Assembly: GCA_964448245.1 (NCBI GenBank)
Contig: CAYUWF010000003.1
Span: 6,214 to 53,166, forward strand
DNA length: 46,953 nt
From: an uncultured Anaerolineaceae bacterium
GTDB lineage: Bacteria > Chloroflexota > Anaerolineae > Anaerolineales > E44-bin32
Reading direction: 5' to 3'
Shown: positions 1 through 8,662 of the stretch, one piece after another
Numbering within the stretch: the first letter of the stretch is position 1
Layout of the letters: every line of letters begins with the position of its first letter
Translations under genes and position numbers: made by a program
Notes under the pieces: generated by a model
Told to the model about the DNA's origin: nothing
What the model saw: only the letters and a program-made list of their open reading frames with translations
Databases searched by the model: none

Positions 1-7
1 CGACGCC

Positions 8-34
8 TAGGGGCGGGTCTCAGACCCGCCCCTA
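8..34. repeat. GC-rich palindromic hairpin repeat, copy 1 (TAGGGGCGGGTC-tca-GACCCGCCCCTA); likely terminator after the response-regulator gene
   Basis: Perfect 12-bp inverted repeat read directly. The stop codon of the 32..685 gene (32-34) lies in the right arm. The same core palindrome recurs at 21468-21496 and 25624-25652. Confidence 0.7.
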
Positions 35-685
35 CAGATAATCCTTCAAGTTGTGCTGGACGGCGTAGGCGGCCGCCTCGGCGCGGTTGCGCACATTGAG
101 CTTCGAAAGGATGCTGCTGACGTAGTTGCGCACGGTGCCTTCGCCCAGGTAGAGCGCCTCGGCGATCTGGCGGTTCGTCCGGCCCTCCGCCACCAGCTGC
201 AGGACGTGCATCTCCTGCTGGGTGAGATCGGCGAAGGCCGAGGCCTCCTCTGCGCGGGCCGCCTTGCGCACCTCCTGGAAGACCCGCTGGGTGACCGCCG
301 GATCGAGCAGGGCCTCGCCGCGCCCGATGGTCTCGATCGCCCGCACCAGGTCCTCACTGCCGATCTGCTTGAGGACGTAGCCGGCGGCGCCGGCGCGGAT
401 CGCCGAGAAGAGCATTTCATCCTCGGCGTAGGAGGTGAGCATGATGACCTTCGTCTGCGGGAAGCGGGTGGTGATCTCCTGACAGGCCTCGATACCGGAT
501 TCGCCCTTGAGGCGGATGTCCATCACGACCACGTCCGGCTGGTAGGCCGCCGTCTTGTCGACTGCCTCCCGCGCCGTGGCCGCCTCGGCGACGACCTCGA
601 AGCTCGGGTGCCGCTCGAGCAGCGAACGCAATCCCACCCGGACGACTTCGTGATCATCCACCAAGATAATCCGTTGATGGGGCAT
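32..685 (-). CDS. NarL/LuxR-family response regulator (receiver + LuxR-type HTH)
   Basis: 217-aa ORF. Receiver motifs [26 protein letters not shown]-terminal Lux[49 protein letters not shown]. Confidence 0.9.
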   Translation of the reverse strand: MPHQRIILVDDHEVVRVGLRSLLERHPSFEVVAEAATAREAVDKTAAYQPDVVVMDIRLKGESGIEACQEITTRFPQTKVIMLTSYAEDEMLFSAIRAGAAGYVLKQIGSEDLVRAIETIGRGEALLDPAVTQRVFQEVRKAARAEEASAFADLTQQEMHVLQLVAEGRTNRQIAEALYLGEGTVRNYVSSILSKLNVRNRAEAAAYAVQHNLKDYL

Positions 686-738
686 CGCACCTCACACGCA
701 GGCCGATTCTAGCGCGAGCCAACCTGGCGGGCAAGAAC

Positions 739-769
739 GCAAACCGGTTCCGCCAGGGAACCGGTTTGC
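739..769 (-). terminator. Hairpin (13-bp perfect stem, 5-nt loop) downstream of the hsp20 remnant
   Basis: GCAAACCGGTTCC-gccag-GGAACCGGTTTGC read directly. On the minus strand it is followed by GTTCTTG. Confidence 0.45.
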
Positions 770-794
770 GTACCGAGCGCGGTCGGCGTCGCCA

Positions 795-1437
795 CTTTGC
801 CTTGACGATGATCGTCTTGAGTTTGACCTCATCGGCCTCCGGCAGGGCCAGGGTCGGAACGCCGTTCTCGATTTTGGCACGGGCGCGATCGGCGACGACC
901 GGTGCCGGGAGCGGTAGGGGGCGCGAGAGCTCGCCCGCTCGCGCTCGCGCAAGGAGCAGGCTGCTGAAAAATGGAGACCGGTGTCAAACCCCCACCCCGA
1001 CGAAATCGCTCGTGCTCAGGCACTGTCGGCGGAGAGGCCATACAAGCTGCTCCCGGGAAGGCACCGGGACGGTGTCCGCAAGGGGTCGGGGGTCGAGGCG
1101 GGAGCGGGCTTTTTCAGCAGCCTCGTAGTACGTGACCTCCCGGGTTGCGGCTTCGTCGCTCATCGATCCACACAAGGTGAGCACGTCGCCCGGAACACAG
1201 ATGTTGATGTCCTGCGCCCGGGACTCCGGGCAAGGTGGCCATCACCACGACCTCGTCGTTCGTCTGGAACAGGTCGACCGGGGGGAGGCCGGCGGCCTCC
1301 GTCCAACCCCGCAAGTCGGCCACGGGTTCATTGAAGAACCGGTCGATCTTCTCCCGCATGCTCAGCGGCTCCCGATAGGGCCATCGACCAAGGCGCGACC
1401 TCGTATCACGCCGCGGGGCGGCGTTTCTCGCATCCAC
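795..1437 (-). pseudogene. Hsp20/alpha-crystallin small heat-shock gene remnant, frameshifted and interrupted by a repeat element
   Basis: The N-terminal part (frame of ORF 1114..1437) reads RWPYREPLSMREKIDRFFNE...PPVDLFQTNDEVVVMATLPGV. The domain continues in another frame (AQDINICVPGDVLTLCGS...REVTYY), so there is a 1-nt frameshift near 1211-1225. It is then broken by the element at 959-1122 and resumes in the same frame at 959 downward: LLLARARAGELSRPLPLPAPVVADRARAKIENGVPTLALPEADEVKLKTIIVKAK. No nearby in-frame stop follows, so the 3' end is uncertain. Confidence 0.6.
959..1122 (-). mobile_element. MITE-like repeat with terminal inverted repeats GGCTGCTGAAAAA / TTTTTCAGCAGCC, copy 1 (inside hsp20)
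   Basis: 13-nt perfect TIRs read directly. The internal sequence aligns by eye, in reverse orientation, with 4512-4697 (shared GACCCCTTGCGGACACCGTCCCGGTGCCTTCCCGGGAGCAGC..CCGCCGACAG.GCCTGAGCACGAGCG). Both copies translate to the same peptide (ARAQALSAERPY.LLPGRHRDGVRKGSG) in ORFs 981..1334 and 4486..4683. Confidence 0.55.
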
Positions 1438-1495
1438 TCTACGAGAGATCCGTCTGAGGGAGGTTAACGCCGAGCCGGCGCCGCCGGGCCGTGGG

Positions 1496-2248
1496 CTAGC
1501 CGCCCGGGGGCGCGGAACCGTCCGCCGCCTGGCGCCGGAAATCGACGAAACGGTAGCCGACGCCGCGCTCGGTCAGGATGTAGCGCGGGTTGGAGGGGTC
1601 GGGTTCGAGCTTCTGGCGCAGATAGTTGATGTAGAGCCGCAGATAGTGGGTCTCCTCGCGGTATTCGTACCCCCAGACCTTGGCCAGGAGCTGATCGTGA
1701 GGCACCACCCAGCCGGCGTTCTGCACCAGGTGGTAGAGCAGGCGGTATTCGGTCGGGCGCAGTCGCACGAGCTTGCCTTCCACCCAGACTTCGCGGCGGT
1801 CGAAGTCGATCTTCAGCCGCTGGTCAACCTGGATCGGCTCGTGGGGGGCGGCAGCCGGCGCTTCGGTGCGGCGCAGGACGGCGCGCACACGGCTGACCAG
1901 CTCGCGTGGGCTGAAGGGCTTGGTGATGTAGTCGTCGGCGCCCAGCTCGAGGCCGCGCACGCGGTCGTCCTCGTCGCCTTTGGCGGTGAGCATGATCACC
2001 GGGACGGTCGAGATCTCCCGCACGAGGCGCAGCGTTTCGAACCCATCCAGCTCGGGCATCATCACGTCGAGCAGAACCAGGTCGGGCAGACGGTCGCGCA
2101 GCTGGCTGAGGGCCTGCGTCCCGGTGGAGGCCTCGCTGACGTCGAAGCCGTCGTGCTCGAGGTTGAGGCGGATGAAGCCGATCATCCTGGGCTCGTCATC
2201 GACGACCAGGATCTGCCGTCGGGACGACGGCGATGGGATGCTACTCAC
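1496..2248 (-). CDS. OmpR/PhoB-family response regulator (receiver + winged-helix)
   Basis: 250-aa [65 protein letters not shown]-terminal [17 protein letters not shown]...[14 protein letters not shown]...[14 protein letters not shown] start overlaps the upstream stop by 8 nt. Confidence 0.9.
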   Translation of the reverse strand: MSSIPSPSSRRQILVVDDEPRMIGFIRLNLEHDGFDVSEASTGTQALSQLRDRLPDLVLLDVMMPELDGFETLRLVREISTVPVIMLTAKGDEDDRVRGLELGADDYITKPFSPRELVSRVRAVLRRTEAPAAAPHEPIQVDQRLKIDFDRREVWVEGKLVRLRPTEYRLLYHLVQNAGWVVPHDQLLAKVWGYEYREETHYLRLYINYLRQKLEPDPSNPRYILTERGVGYRFVDFRRQAADGSAPPGG

Positions 2249-2483
2249 GCACGAAGCCGATGAGCTTCTCTTCCTCCGAGGTCGGCATGATCTCGATGTA
2301 GTTGATGCGGTGCATCGGCCAGACGACCGTGACGACGTTGCCCTGCACGTAGGGCAGGTCCTTGCCGTCGCGGCGACGCGGGTTGCTCAGGGTAATGACC
2401 GTGTCGGTCGGCGTCGGGGTCTCCTCGACCTCTCCGACGACCGGGTCCTCCCCCGAGATATGAACCAGCACGGTGATCGGCAT
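2241..2483 (-). CDS. Small hypothetical protein (80 aa) between the FHA and OmpR-type genes
   Basis: ATG at 2483 preceded by AAGGGGA. Non-repetitive, protein-like composition. Tightly packed between coding neighbours. No family recognised. Confidence 0.55.
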   Translation of the reverse strand: MPITVLVHISGEDPVVGEVEETPTPTDTVITLSNPRRRDGKDLPYVQGNVVTVVWPMHRINYIEIMPTSEEEKLIGFVRE

Positions 2484-2495
2484 CGTTCGTTCCCC

Positions 2496-3011
2496 TTATC
2501 CGCGGGTACGGGAGATGAGCTGGAGCCGCAGGCGGCCCACCTGGATGACGTCGCCGTGACGCAGGAGGACCGGTTTCAGCGGGTCGGAGCGCAAGCCGTT
2601 GACCAGCGTGCCGTTGGCGCTTTCCAGATCGACGATGGTCACGGCTTCGGGCGCCAAACGAACTTCGGCGTGCATGCGCGAGACGCCCTGCTCGTAGCCG
2701 TCGAACGGTCCCAGGTCGATGTCCGGGATGACGGCCTGGCCTTCGATCGTCCGTCCCAGGGTGTAATTGTCGCGCCCGATGAGGGGAACGACATCGCCGG
2801 TGCTGACGACGCGCAGGCCGATGACCGCCCCCGATTCGAGCCCCGGGCCTTCGGGCAGGGACGGCTTGGTGTGCAGGGCCTCGGCGTGGATCTCGTCGCG
2901 CGAGATGGTGACCGTCGGGGCGCCATTGGCCAGCACCAGGCGCGTGCCGCACTCGGTGCAGAACATCGTCCCGACGAACTCCTGGTGCTTGCAGGTCGGG
3001 CACACGATCAT
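2496..3011 (-). CDS. Zinc-ribbon + FHA domain protein
   Basis: The last 171 codons of ORF 2496..3785, starting MIVCPTCKHQEFVGTMFCTECG (CxxC..CxxC). FHA signature: LIGRDNYTLGR...VSRMHAEV...IVDLESANGTLVNG...L..GDVIQVG. The ATG at 3011 overlaps the upstream stop as ATGA. Confidence 0.85.
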   Translation of the reverse strand: MIVCPTCKHQEFVGTMFCTECGTRLVLANGAPTVTISRDEIHAEALHTKPSLPEGPGLESGAVIGLRVVSTGDVVPLIGRDNYTLGRTIEGQAVIPDIDLGPFDGYEQGVSRMHAEVRLAPEAVTIVDLESANGTLVNGLRSDPLKPVLLRHGDVIQVGRLRLQLISRTRG

Positions 3012-4489
3012 GACGATTCCGTCTTGGCTGGAAGCAGCATCAAGGCACGCGTCCCGTACTTCAGGACTTTCTCGCCTTCCGTGCTGAGCCGGCGCGAGTG
3101 GGTCAGGCGTTCCGCTTCGCTCAGCGCCGCCTTGGCCAGGTCGCGCTCGTTGACCGCCAACAGCTGCGTCGCCAGGTTCTCCAGCCGGCGGGCGGCCTGG
3201 GTCGACTGGCCGAGTTCGGCTTCGTGGCGGGCCTTCTCCTGCATCGTGTACAGGGCGATCTGGCTCAACGCCGCCACGATGTCTTTCGGCGCCGGCTCGG
3301 GATCGGGCGTCTTGGAGACGGGCAGGCTGATGTTCACGGGCAGGCTCTGCGCGCCGGCCTCGCCGCCGAGGATGTCGGCCGCAACCTGGAAATCGGCCAA
3401 CTGCACTTGGGTCAGCGCGGAGGCAGGGTGGACGACGACCTCCAAAAGGAGCCGGATCCGCCCGTCCTTCGGCAGGTGGCCCAGGATCATCGGCAAGGTG
3501 TCCCCGGTCGGCATTGGATCCGGGAGCAGGCGGAAGGACGAGCGCAGGTCGACCTGTTCGCCGAAGGCGCCCTCCAGCCGCACCCGGCTGGCGAAGACCT
3601 TGCTCAGCGAGTCGAAGATGTGCTTCAAGAGATTGGTGATGGCCTTGGGCGTATCGAGGAAAAGGACGTTGCCTCCGCTGCGGCTGGCGAGATCGTCCAG
3701 CAGCCGATCGCTCCAATCCGCCCCGATGCCGACGCCGTTGACGGTGATGCCCTTCTCGGCCGCGCGTTCGGCGATCTGCAGGCACAGATCCTCATCGCCG
3801 TAGGTCCGCCCGTCGGTCAGCAAGATCAGGTGGTTGACCCCCTCCTTGGAGAAGGTCTTCTGCAGCTCGGCCATCCCCAACTCAAGGCCCTGGCCGATCT
3901 CGGTGCCGCCGCCGGCCTGGAGCAGGCTCAGGCGCGAGCGGGCCGTGGTGAGGTCGCGCGCCTGATCGTGCGAGACGATGACCTCCGCCCGATCGCTGAA
4001 AGCCACGATGCAAGCCGAGTCCCTGGACTCGAGGTCTTTGAGGATGGCCAGCGTCGCCGCACGGACCTGGTCGAGGCGCTGGCCGCGCATCGAGGTCGAT
4101 TTGTCGATGACGATGCAGACGTTGATCGGCGGCCGGGCGAAGGTGGCGCTTTCGGCCGGGAGGATGTCGAGCAGCATGTAATGGACCTGGGGCTCGTCGA
4201 GCGGCAGTAGCGCCCTACGGCTGTGCACGACGTTGCAATACAGCCGCGCCCCCTGCGCCGCTCGCTGGTCGATCTCGGCCAGCGCCTTGTCGTACTCACT
4301 GCGGCGCGCCGGATCGCTCAGGATCTCGTAGCCGAGGCCGATCTCGAGGAACAACTCGGTATCGCCGGCCTTGACGTTGCGGTCGGGGTGGAGCCGCAGC
4401 GCCGACTCACGGTAAGCCCGGCGAAGCTGGTCGAGCGAGGCGCTGCGCGGCACGCCCAGGAGAGCATAGTAGTCCTTGTCGCCGCTCAC
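3008..4489 (-). CDS. J-domain (DnaJ N-terminal) + von Willebrand factor A domain protein
   Basis: 493 aa. J domain: DYYALLGVPRSASLDQLRRAYRESALRLHPDRN. vWA with MIDAS-like motif: CIVIDKSTSMRG...GGGTEIGQGL...LILLTDGRTYGDE. GTG start at 4489 with GGAGG upstream. Confidence 0.85.
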   Translation of the reverse strand: MSGDKDYYALLGVPRSASLDQLRRAYRESALRLHPDRNVKAGDTELFLEIGLGYEILSDPARRSEYDKALAEIDQRAAQGARLYCNVVHSRRALLPLDEPQVHYMLLDILPAESATFARPPINVCIVIDKSTSMRGQRLDQVRAATLAILKDLESRDSACIVAFSDRAEVIVSHDQARDLTTARSRLSLLQAGGGTEIGQGLELGMAELQKTFSKEGVNHLILLTDGRTYGDEDLCLQIAERAAEKGITVNGVGIGADWSDRLLDDLASRSGGNVLFLDTPKAITNLLKHIFDSLSKVFASRVRLEGAFGEQVDLRSSFRLLPDPMPTGDTLPMILGHLPKDGRIRLLLEVVVHPASALTQVQLADFQVAADILGGEAGAQSLPVNISLPVSKTPDPEPAPKDIVAALSQIALYTMQEKARHEAELGQSTQAARRLENLATQLLAVNERDLAKAALSEAERLTHSRRLSTEGEKVLKYGTRALMLLPAKTESS

Positions 4490-4511
4490 GCTACGCCCGC
4501 CTCCGGAGGTC

Positions 4512-4697
4512 CTACGAGGCTGCTGAAAAGGCCCGTTCCCACCTCACCCCCCGACCCCTTGCGGACACCGTCCCGGTGCCTTCCCGGGAGCAGCCTGTAA
4601 GGCCTTTCCGCCGACAGCGCCTGAGCACGAGCGGTTTCGTGGCGGAGAGGGGGCCGGGGCGGGGTTTTGACGACGGTCGCCATTTTTCAGCAAGCTG
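4512..4697 (+). mobile_element. MITE-like TIR repeat, copy 2 (intergenic, between the PP2C stop and the J-vWA start), inverted relative to copy 1
   Basis: Begins CTACGAGGCTGCTGAAAAGG and ends CCATTTTTCAGCAAGCTGC. Aligns by eye with the reverse complement of 957-1128. About 14 nt longer in the G-rich part. Confidence 0.55.
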
Positions 4698-5582
4698 CTA
4701 GTCGGACGGGAAGTAGATCAAGATGGCGGTGATGTTGTCGGGTCCGCCAGCGCCGTTGGCGGCGCGGACGAGCTGGTCACAGGCCGTCTGCGGATCTCCG
4801 GCGTTGAGCACGATTCTCCGAATCTCCTTCTCGGGGACGGTGCCCCACAGGCCGTCCGAGCACATCAGCATATAGCCGCCGTGCGGGACCGGCTCGCTGA
4901 AAACGTCCACCTTGAGATTGGCGCCCTGGCCGATGGCGTTCCACAAGACGTTGCGCTGCGGATGCAGTGCGGCCTCCTCCTCGGTCAGCTGTTCGAGCTC
5001 GATCAGGCGCTGCACCAGCGAGTGATCGCGGGTGAGGGCGCGGGCTTCGTCGCGGGTGATGAGGTAGGCCCGGCTGTCGCCGACGTGGCCGATCGTGATC
5101 TGCTGGCCGAGCAGCACCGCCACCGTCAGCGTCGTGCCGCCGCCCGGCACACGGTCGACGACGGCCAGGTTGGCCTCTTCGAGGGCCTCCTGCACCAGCT
5201 CCTGCAGGCTGGGGGCCTCTTCCTGGGGTTCGATGTCGAACAGGTGGACAATCGTTTCGGCGGTGATCTTGCGGGCGACGGTGCGCACCGAGATCGAGCT
5301 GGCGACCTCGCCCGAACGATGGCCGCCCATGCCGTCGGCCACGACGAACAGGCCGAAGTCGGGCAGCGGTTCTTGCCCATCGGCGCGGCCGATCATGTAG
5401 AAGAGGGCGTCCTCGTTGTGGGTACGTTCGATGCCGGTCGACTGGGCGGCGCCGAGCACCATGCGGCGAACGGCGTGTACCGGAGGCGCGTGGCCCAGGA
5501 CGCCGACGTCGAGCGGCGCCGTCTTGACGGTGTCGGGGGAAGGGCGGCGGGGCTTGCGAAAAAGTCGTTTCCAGAAACTCAT
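4698..5582 (-). CDS. PP2C-family Ser/Thr protein phosphatase
   Basis: 294 aa. RTHNEDA...FVVADGMGGHRSGEVAS...GGTTLTV...GHVGDSRAY...MCSDGLW...GGPDNITAI. Confidence 0.9.
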   Translation of the reverse strand: MSFWKRLFRKPRRPSPDTVKTAPLDVGVLGHAPPVHAVRRMVLGAAQSTGIERTHNEDALFYMIGRADGQEPLPDFGLFVVADGMGGHRSGEVASSISVRTVARKITAETIVHLFDIEPQEEAPSLQELVQEALEEANLAVVDRVPGGGTTLTVAVLLGQQITIGHVGDSRAYLITRDEARALTRDHSLVQRLIELEQLTEEEAALHPQRNVLWNAIGQGANLKVDVFSEPVPHGGYMLMCSDGLWGTVPEKEIRRIVLNAGDPQTACDQLVRAANGAGGPDNITAILIYFPSD

Positions 5583-5618
5583 GGTCGGCGGCGCGCCTCG
5601 TGTCTCCCTGAGAGTGCC

Positions 5619-7499
5619 CTAGGCCAGAAGAGCATACACCTTGTGGTCGGTCGAACCGATGTAGACGACCCCGTTGGCGATCAACGGCGTCCCGGTGATC
5701 GGGCCCCCGGTGGAGAATTGCCACCGCTTGCGGCCCGACCGCATATCGATGCAATACAGGGAACCGTCGACGGACCCGACGTAGACCGAATCCTCATGGA
5801 CGAGGGGCGAACCGGTGACCTGGTGTTCGGTGGCGAAGCGCCAGGCCTCGCGGGCGCTGCGGGCGTCGACGGCGTAGAGGTTGTTGTCGGCACAGCCGAT
5901 GAAGACCTTGCCCTCGGCGTAGACCGGCGACGAGATCGTCGGCTTGCCCATGCGGAACCGCCACAGCTGCCAGCCGCCCTCGGCCTCGATGGCGTACAGC
6001 GTCCAGTCCATCGAGCCGAAGTAGACGACGTTGTCGACGATGATCGGGGAGGAGGTCACGGCGCGCTTGGCGCGGAAGCGCCACTTGAGCTCGCCGCGGA
6101 AGTCGACGCAGTAGAAATCGCCGGTCTCGCAACCAAAGTAAACGCGGTCGTTGACGACGCAGGGCGTCGAGCGCACCGGGCCGGCCGCTTCGGCGCGCCA
6201 GGCGCGCCGGCCGTTGGCGACGTTGACGACGTGGACGTGGCCGTCGTCCGAGCCGAAGAAGATGTGCCCTTCCCAAAGGACCAGCGACGAGCGGATCGGC
6301 CCCTCGGTGTAGTAGGTCCAGGCCAGCTTGCCGCGGTTTGCGGTCACGGCGTGCAGACGCTGATCCTCCGAGCCGACGTAGACCAGATCGTCGAAAGCCG
6401 TTGGGCGGCCCGAAATGCCGCCCTCGGTCGGGTACTTCCATTGAAATTCGCCGCTCTTGGCGTTCAAGGCGTACAGGTTGTTGTCGTAACAGCCGATGTA
6501 GAGGGAGCCGTTGTGGTAGTAGGGCGAGCCGCGCAGTTCGTCCTCGCATTCGAAGGCCCAAATCTCCTGGACGTCGCTGCGTTGCTGGATGACCGAGGCC
6601 GTCTTGGCCGAGACCAGCAAGCCGGTGTGCCGCGCCGCCGCCAGCAGCGCGTTCTTCATCGCCTCGGTCGAGGGATACCGGTCGCGCGGGTCGTACTCGA
6701 GGGCCTTCTCGATGACCTCGATCACCTCCGGCGCGACGGCCGGGTTCAGCTGGTGGATCGGCCGATCCGAGAAGGAGAACGGCGCTTCGGCCCGCGGGTC
6801 GCGACGGGTAAGCAGGTGGTGGAATGTGGCGCCCAGGGCGTAGATGTCGCCGGCAGGCGAGGCCTCGCCGCGGTATTGCTCGGGAGGCGAGTAGCCTTCC
6901 GTCCCAATCATTGTCCCCTTCTGGCCGGGCGAGAAGATGCGGGCAATGCCGAAGTCGATCAGCCGGATGTGGGCATGGTGATCGGCCATGATGTTGGACG
7001 GTTTGACGTCCCGGAACACCACCGGCTGCGGCTGGTGGCTGTGCAGGTAGGTCAGCACGTCGCACAGTTCGATGGCCCAGGCGACGACCTGCGCCTCGGC
7101 CACCGGCTCGGTCGTGGCGCGCAGCAGGGCTTCCAGATCGCGCCCCTCGATGAACTCCATGATCAAGTAGGAGCTGCTGTCGGCGGTGAAGTAGTCGTAA
7201 ATGCGCGGGATCGCCGGATGGGAGAGCGTCGCCAGCAGATCCGCCTCGCGTTCGAAGTTGCGCACGACCATCTCGTACATGGTCGGGTCGGAGGCCAGGT
7301 TGATCATTTCCTTGATGGCGACGAGCTTGGTGACGTTGGGGAAGTGCAGGTCGCGGCCCTTGTAAACCGAACTCATGCCACCCGAGCCCAGGTTGCCCAG
7401 GACGAGGTAACGGTCCTGCAACGTGACCCCGGGCTGCAACTGGCCGAGCTGGCCGGTCTCTCCGGATTGTCCCTCGAGGGTCCGCGTGATGCGCCGCAT
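5619..7499 (-). CDS. Ser/Thr protein kinase with C-terminal PQQ-like beta-propeller repeats
   Basis: 626 aa. Kinase motifs: LGSGGMSSVYKG, VAIKEM, VFRDVKPSNIM, DFGIAR, GTEGYSPPE. Repeated LYA(L/V).A.SG...W.. units in the C-terminal half. Confidence 0.9.
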   Translation of the reverse strand: MRRITRTLEGQSGETGQLGQLQPGVTLQDRYLVLGNLGSGGMSSVYKGRDLHFPNVTKLVAIKEMINLASDPTMYEMVVRNFEREADLLATLSHPAIPRIYDYFTADSSSYLIMEFIEGRDLEALLRATTEPVAEAQVVAWAIELCDVLTYLHSHQPQPVVFRDVKPSNIMADHHAHIRLIDFGIARIFSPGQKGTMIGTEGYSPPEQYRGEASPAGDIYALGATFHHLLTRRDPRAEAPFSFSDRPIHQLNPAVAPEVIEVIEKALEYDPRDRYPSTEAMKNALLAAARHTGLLVSAKTASVIQQRSDVQEIWAFECEDELRGSPYYHNGSLYIGCYDNNLYALNAKSGEFQWKYPTEGGISGRPTAFDDLVYVGSEDQRLHAVTANRGKLAWTYYTEGPIRSSLVLWEGHIFFGSDDGHVHVVNVANGRRAWRAEAAGPVRSTPCVVNDRVYFGCETGDFYCVDFRGELKWRFRAKRAVTSSPIIVDNVVYFGSMDWTLYAIEAEGGWQLWRFRMGKPTISSPVYAEGKVFIGCADNNLYAVDARSAREAWRFATEHQVTGSPLVHEDSVYVGSVDGSLYCIDMRSGRKRWQFSTGGPITGTPLIANGVVYIGSTDHKVYALLA

Positions 7500-7525
7500 T
7501 GGGCTACCGGGATTTAATCCTGCGG

Positions 7526-7534
7526 ATTATAGCA
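7526..7534 (-). promoter_or_regulatory. Extended -10 box (TGCTATAAT) upstream of the kinase gene
   Basis: The reverse complement of 7526-7534 reads TGCTATAAT, 26 nt upstream of the ATG at 7499. No good -35 hexamer is seen. Confidence 0.4.
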
Positions 7535-7651
7535 CGAGTGTAATCGCCAGCTGCGGGGCCAGGGATGGTACGAGCGTCCCCGGCCCTGGCGGCGAGCGAC
7601 GATTCTCTGTGGAGGGCCGCCGGTGGAGGCTGCGCGGGACCTTGCGATCGG

Positions 7652-8662
7652 CTAACGATCGCGGCGAAGCAGGCGCTGGGCCAGCTCCTCCAGCTCGGCC
7701 GAGGCCGGAGGGCGGGGCGAGGCGTCGCGCAGGGCTGCCATCGCCTGCCGCGTATGGACCTCCGCCTCCTGGCGGGTGGCGTCCTCGGCCCCGCAGTCGG
7801 CCAGGGCACGCTGCAATGCGGCGATGTCGGGCACCGCCGTCCTCCCGGCGGACCACAGGCGTGCGAATTCCGGGGATCGTTGCAGCCCGAGGAGCACCGG
7901 ATAGGTCTTCTTTCCCTGGCGCAGGTCGTCGGCGACGGGCTTTCCCGTCTGATCCGGCTCTCCCCAGATGCCAAGCAGGTCGTCCAGGAGCTGGAAAGCC
8001 ATCCCGAGACGCCAACCGAAACGTTGGAACGCGTCGCGGATGCCGGAGGGAGCCTCCGCCACCCGGCTGCCGACGGAGGCCGCCGCCGCCACCAGGGAGG
8101 CGGTCTTGCCGCTGATCATCTCCAAGTACTCGTCCGCCCCGACGACCTCACGCTGCTCGAAGCCCAGGTCGAGGTGCTGTCCCAGAGTCAACTGCAGGGA
8201 GGCCTGGTCCAGGATGTGCTGCACGGCAAGGGCCGTGCCGGGGGAGACGCCCCCATCGATCAGGCGATGGCACGCCAGTCGAGAGGCGATGTAAAGGAAG
8301 TCCCCGGTGTTGACCGCCTGGGGAACGCCCCAGCGCGCCCAGACAGTGGACCGGCCTCGCCGCGTCTGGCTGGAGTCCTCGACGTCGTCGTGGACAAGCG
8401 AGAAGTTGTGGATCAGTTCGACGCTGGCTGCGGCCGGCACGGCCGTCCGCCATTCTCCGCCGGCGCTCGCCGCGCACAGCAACGTCAGCAGCGGGCGGAT
8501 ACGCTTGCCTCTTGACTCGCCCGGCTCCCAGCCGAAATGGTGTCGGACCATGAGGCCGACTTCCACATAAGGTTCCGGGAGGAGGTGCTGGAGGCTGGAC
8601 TGCAGCTCGGCCTCGACCGCGGCGAGCATCGCCGGGGCAAGCGCCGAGGCGAGGGCGGTCAT
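7652..8662 (-). CDS. Polyprenyl (geranylgeranyl/farnesyl) diphosphate synthase family
   Basis: First Asp-rich motif LVHDDVED, second [12 protein letters not shown]. The ORF extends to 8710, but the ATG at 8662 overlaps the upstream stop as ATGA and is the preferred start. Confidence 0.85.
   Translation of the reverse strand: MTALASALAPAMLAAVEAELQSSLQHLLPEPYVEVGLMVRHHFGWEPGESRGKRIRPLLTLLCAASAGGEWRTAVPAAASVELIHNFSLVHDDVEDSSQTRRGRSTVWARWGVPQAVNTGDFLYIASRLACHRLIDGGVSPGTALAVQHILDQASLQLTLGQHLDLGFEQREVVGADEYLEMISGKTASLVAAAASVGSRVAEAPSGIRDAFQRFGWRLGMAFQLLDDLLGIWGEPDQTGKPVADDLRQGKKTYPVLLGLQRSPEFARLWSAGRTAVPDIAALQRALADCGAEDATRQEAEVHTRQAMAALRDASPRPPASAELEELAQRLLRRDR

Noticed and set aside
1980-3803. 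607-aa plus-strand ORF, and the 429-aa minus-strand ORF 2496..3785
   Set aside because: The plus-strand ORF is antisense to the response-regulator/FHA/vWA genes. Only the last 171 codons of 2496..3785 (from the ATG at 3011) encode the FHA protein. The upstream part is an alternative frame of the vWA gene with Arg/Pro-rich composition.
4881-7517. 878-aa ORF on the plus strand, antisense to the PP2C and kinase genes
   Set aside because: Arg/Gly/Ala/Asp-rich low-information translation, typical of stop-poor antisense frames in high-GC DNA. The opposite strand carries two genes with unmistakable catalytic motifs.
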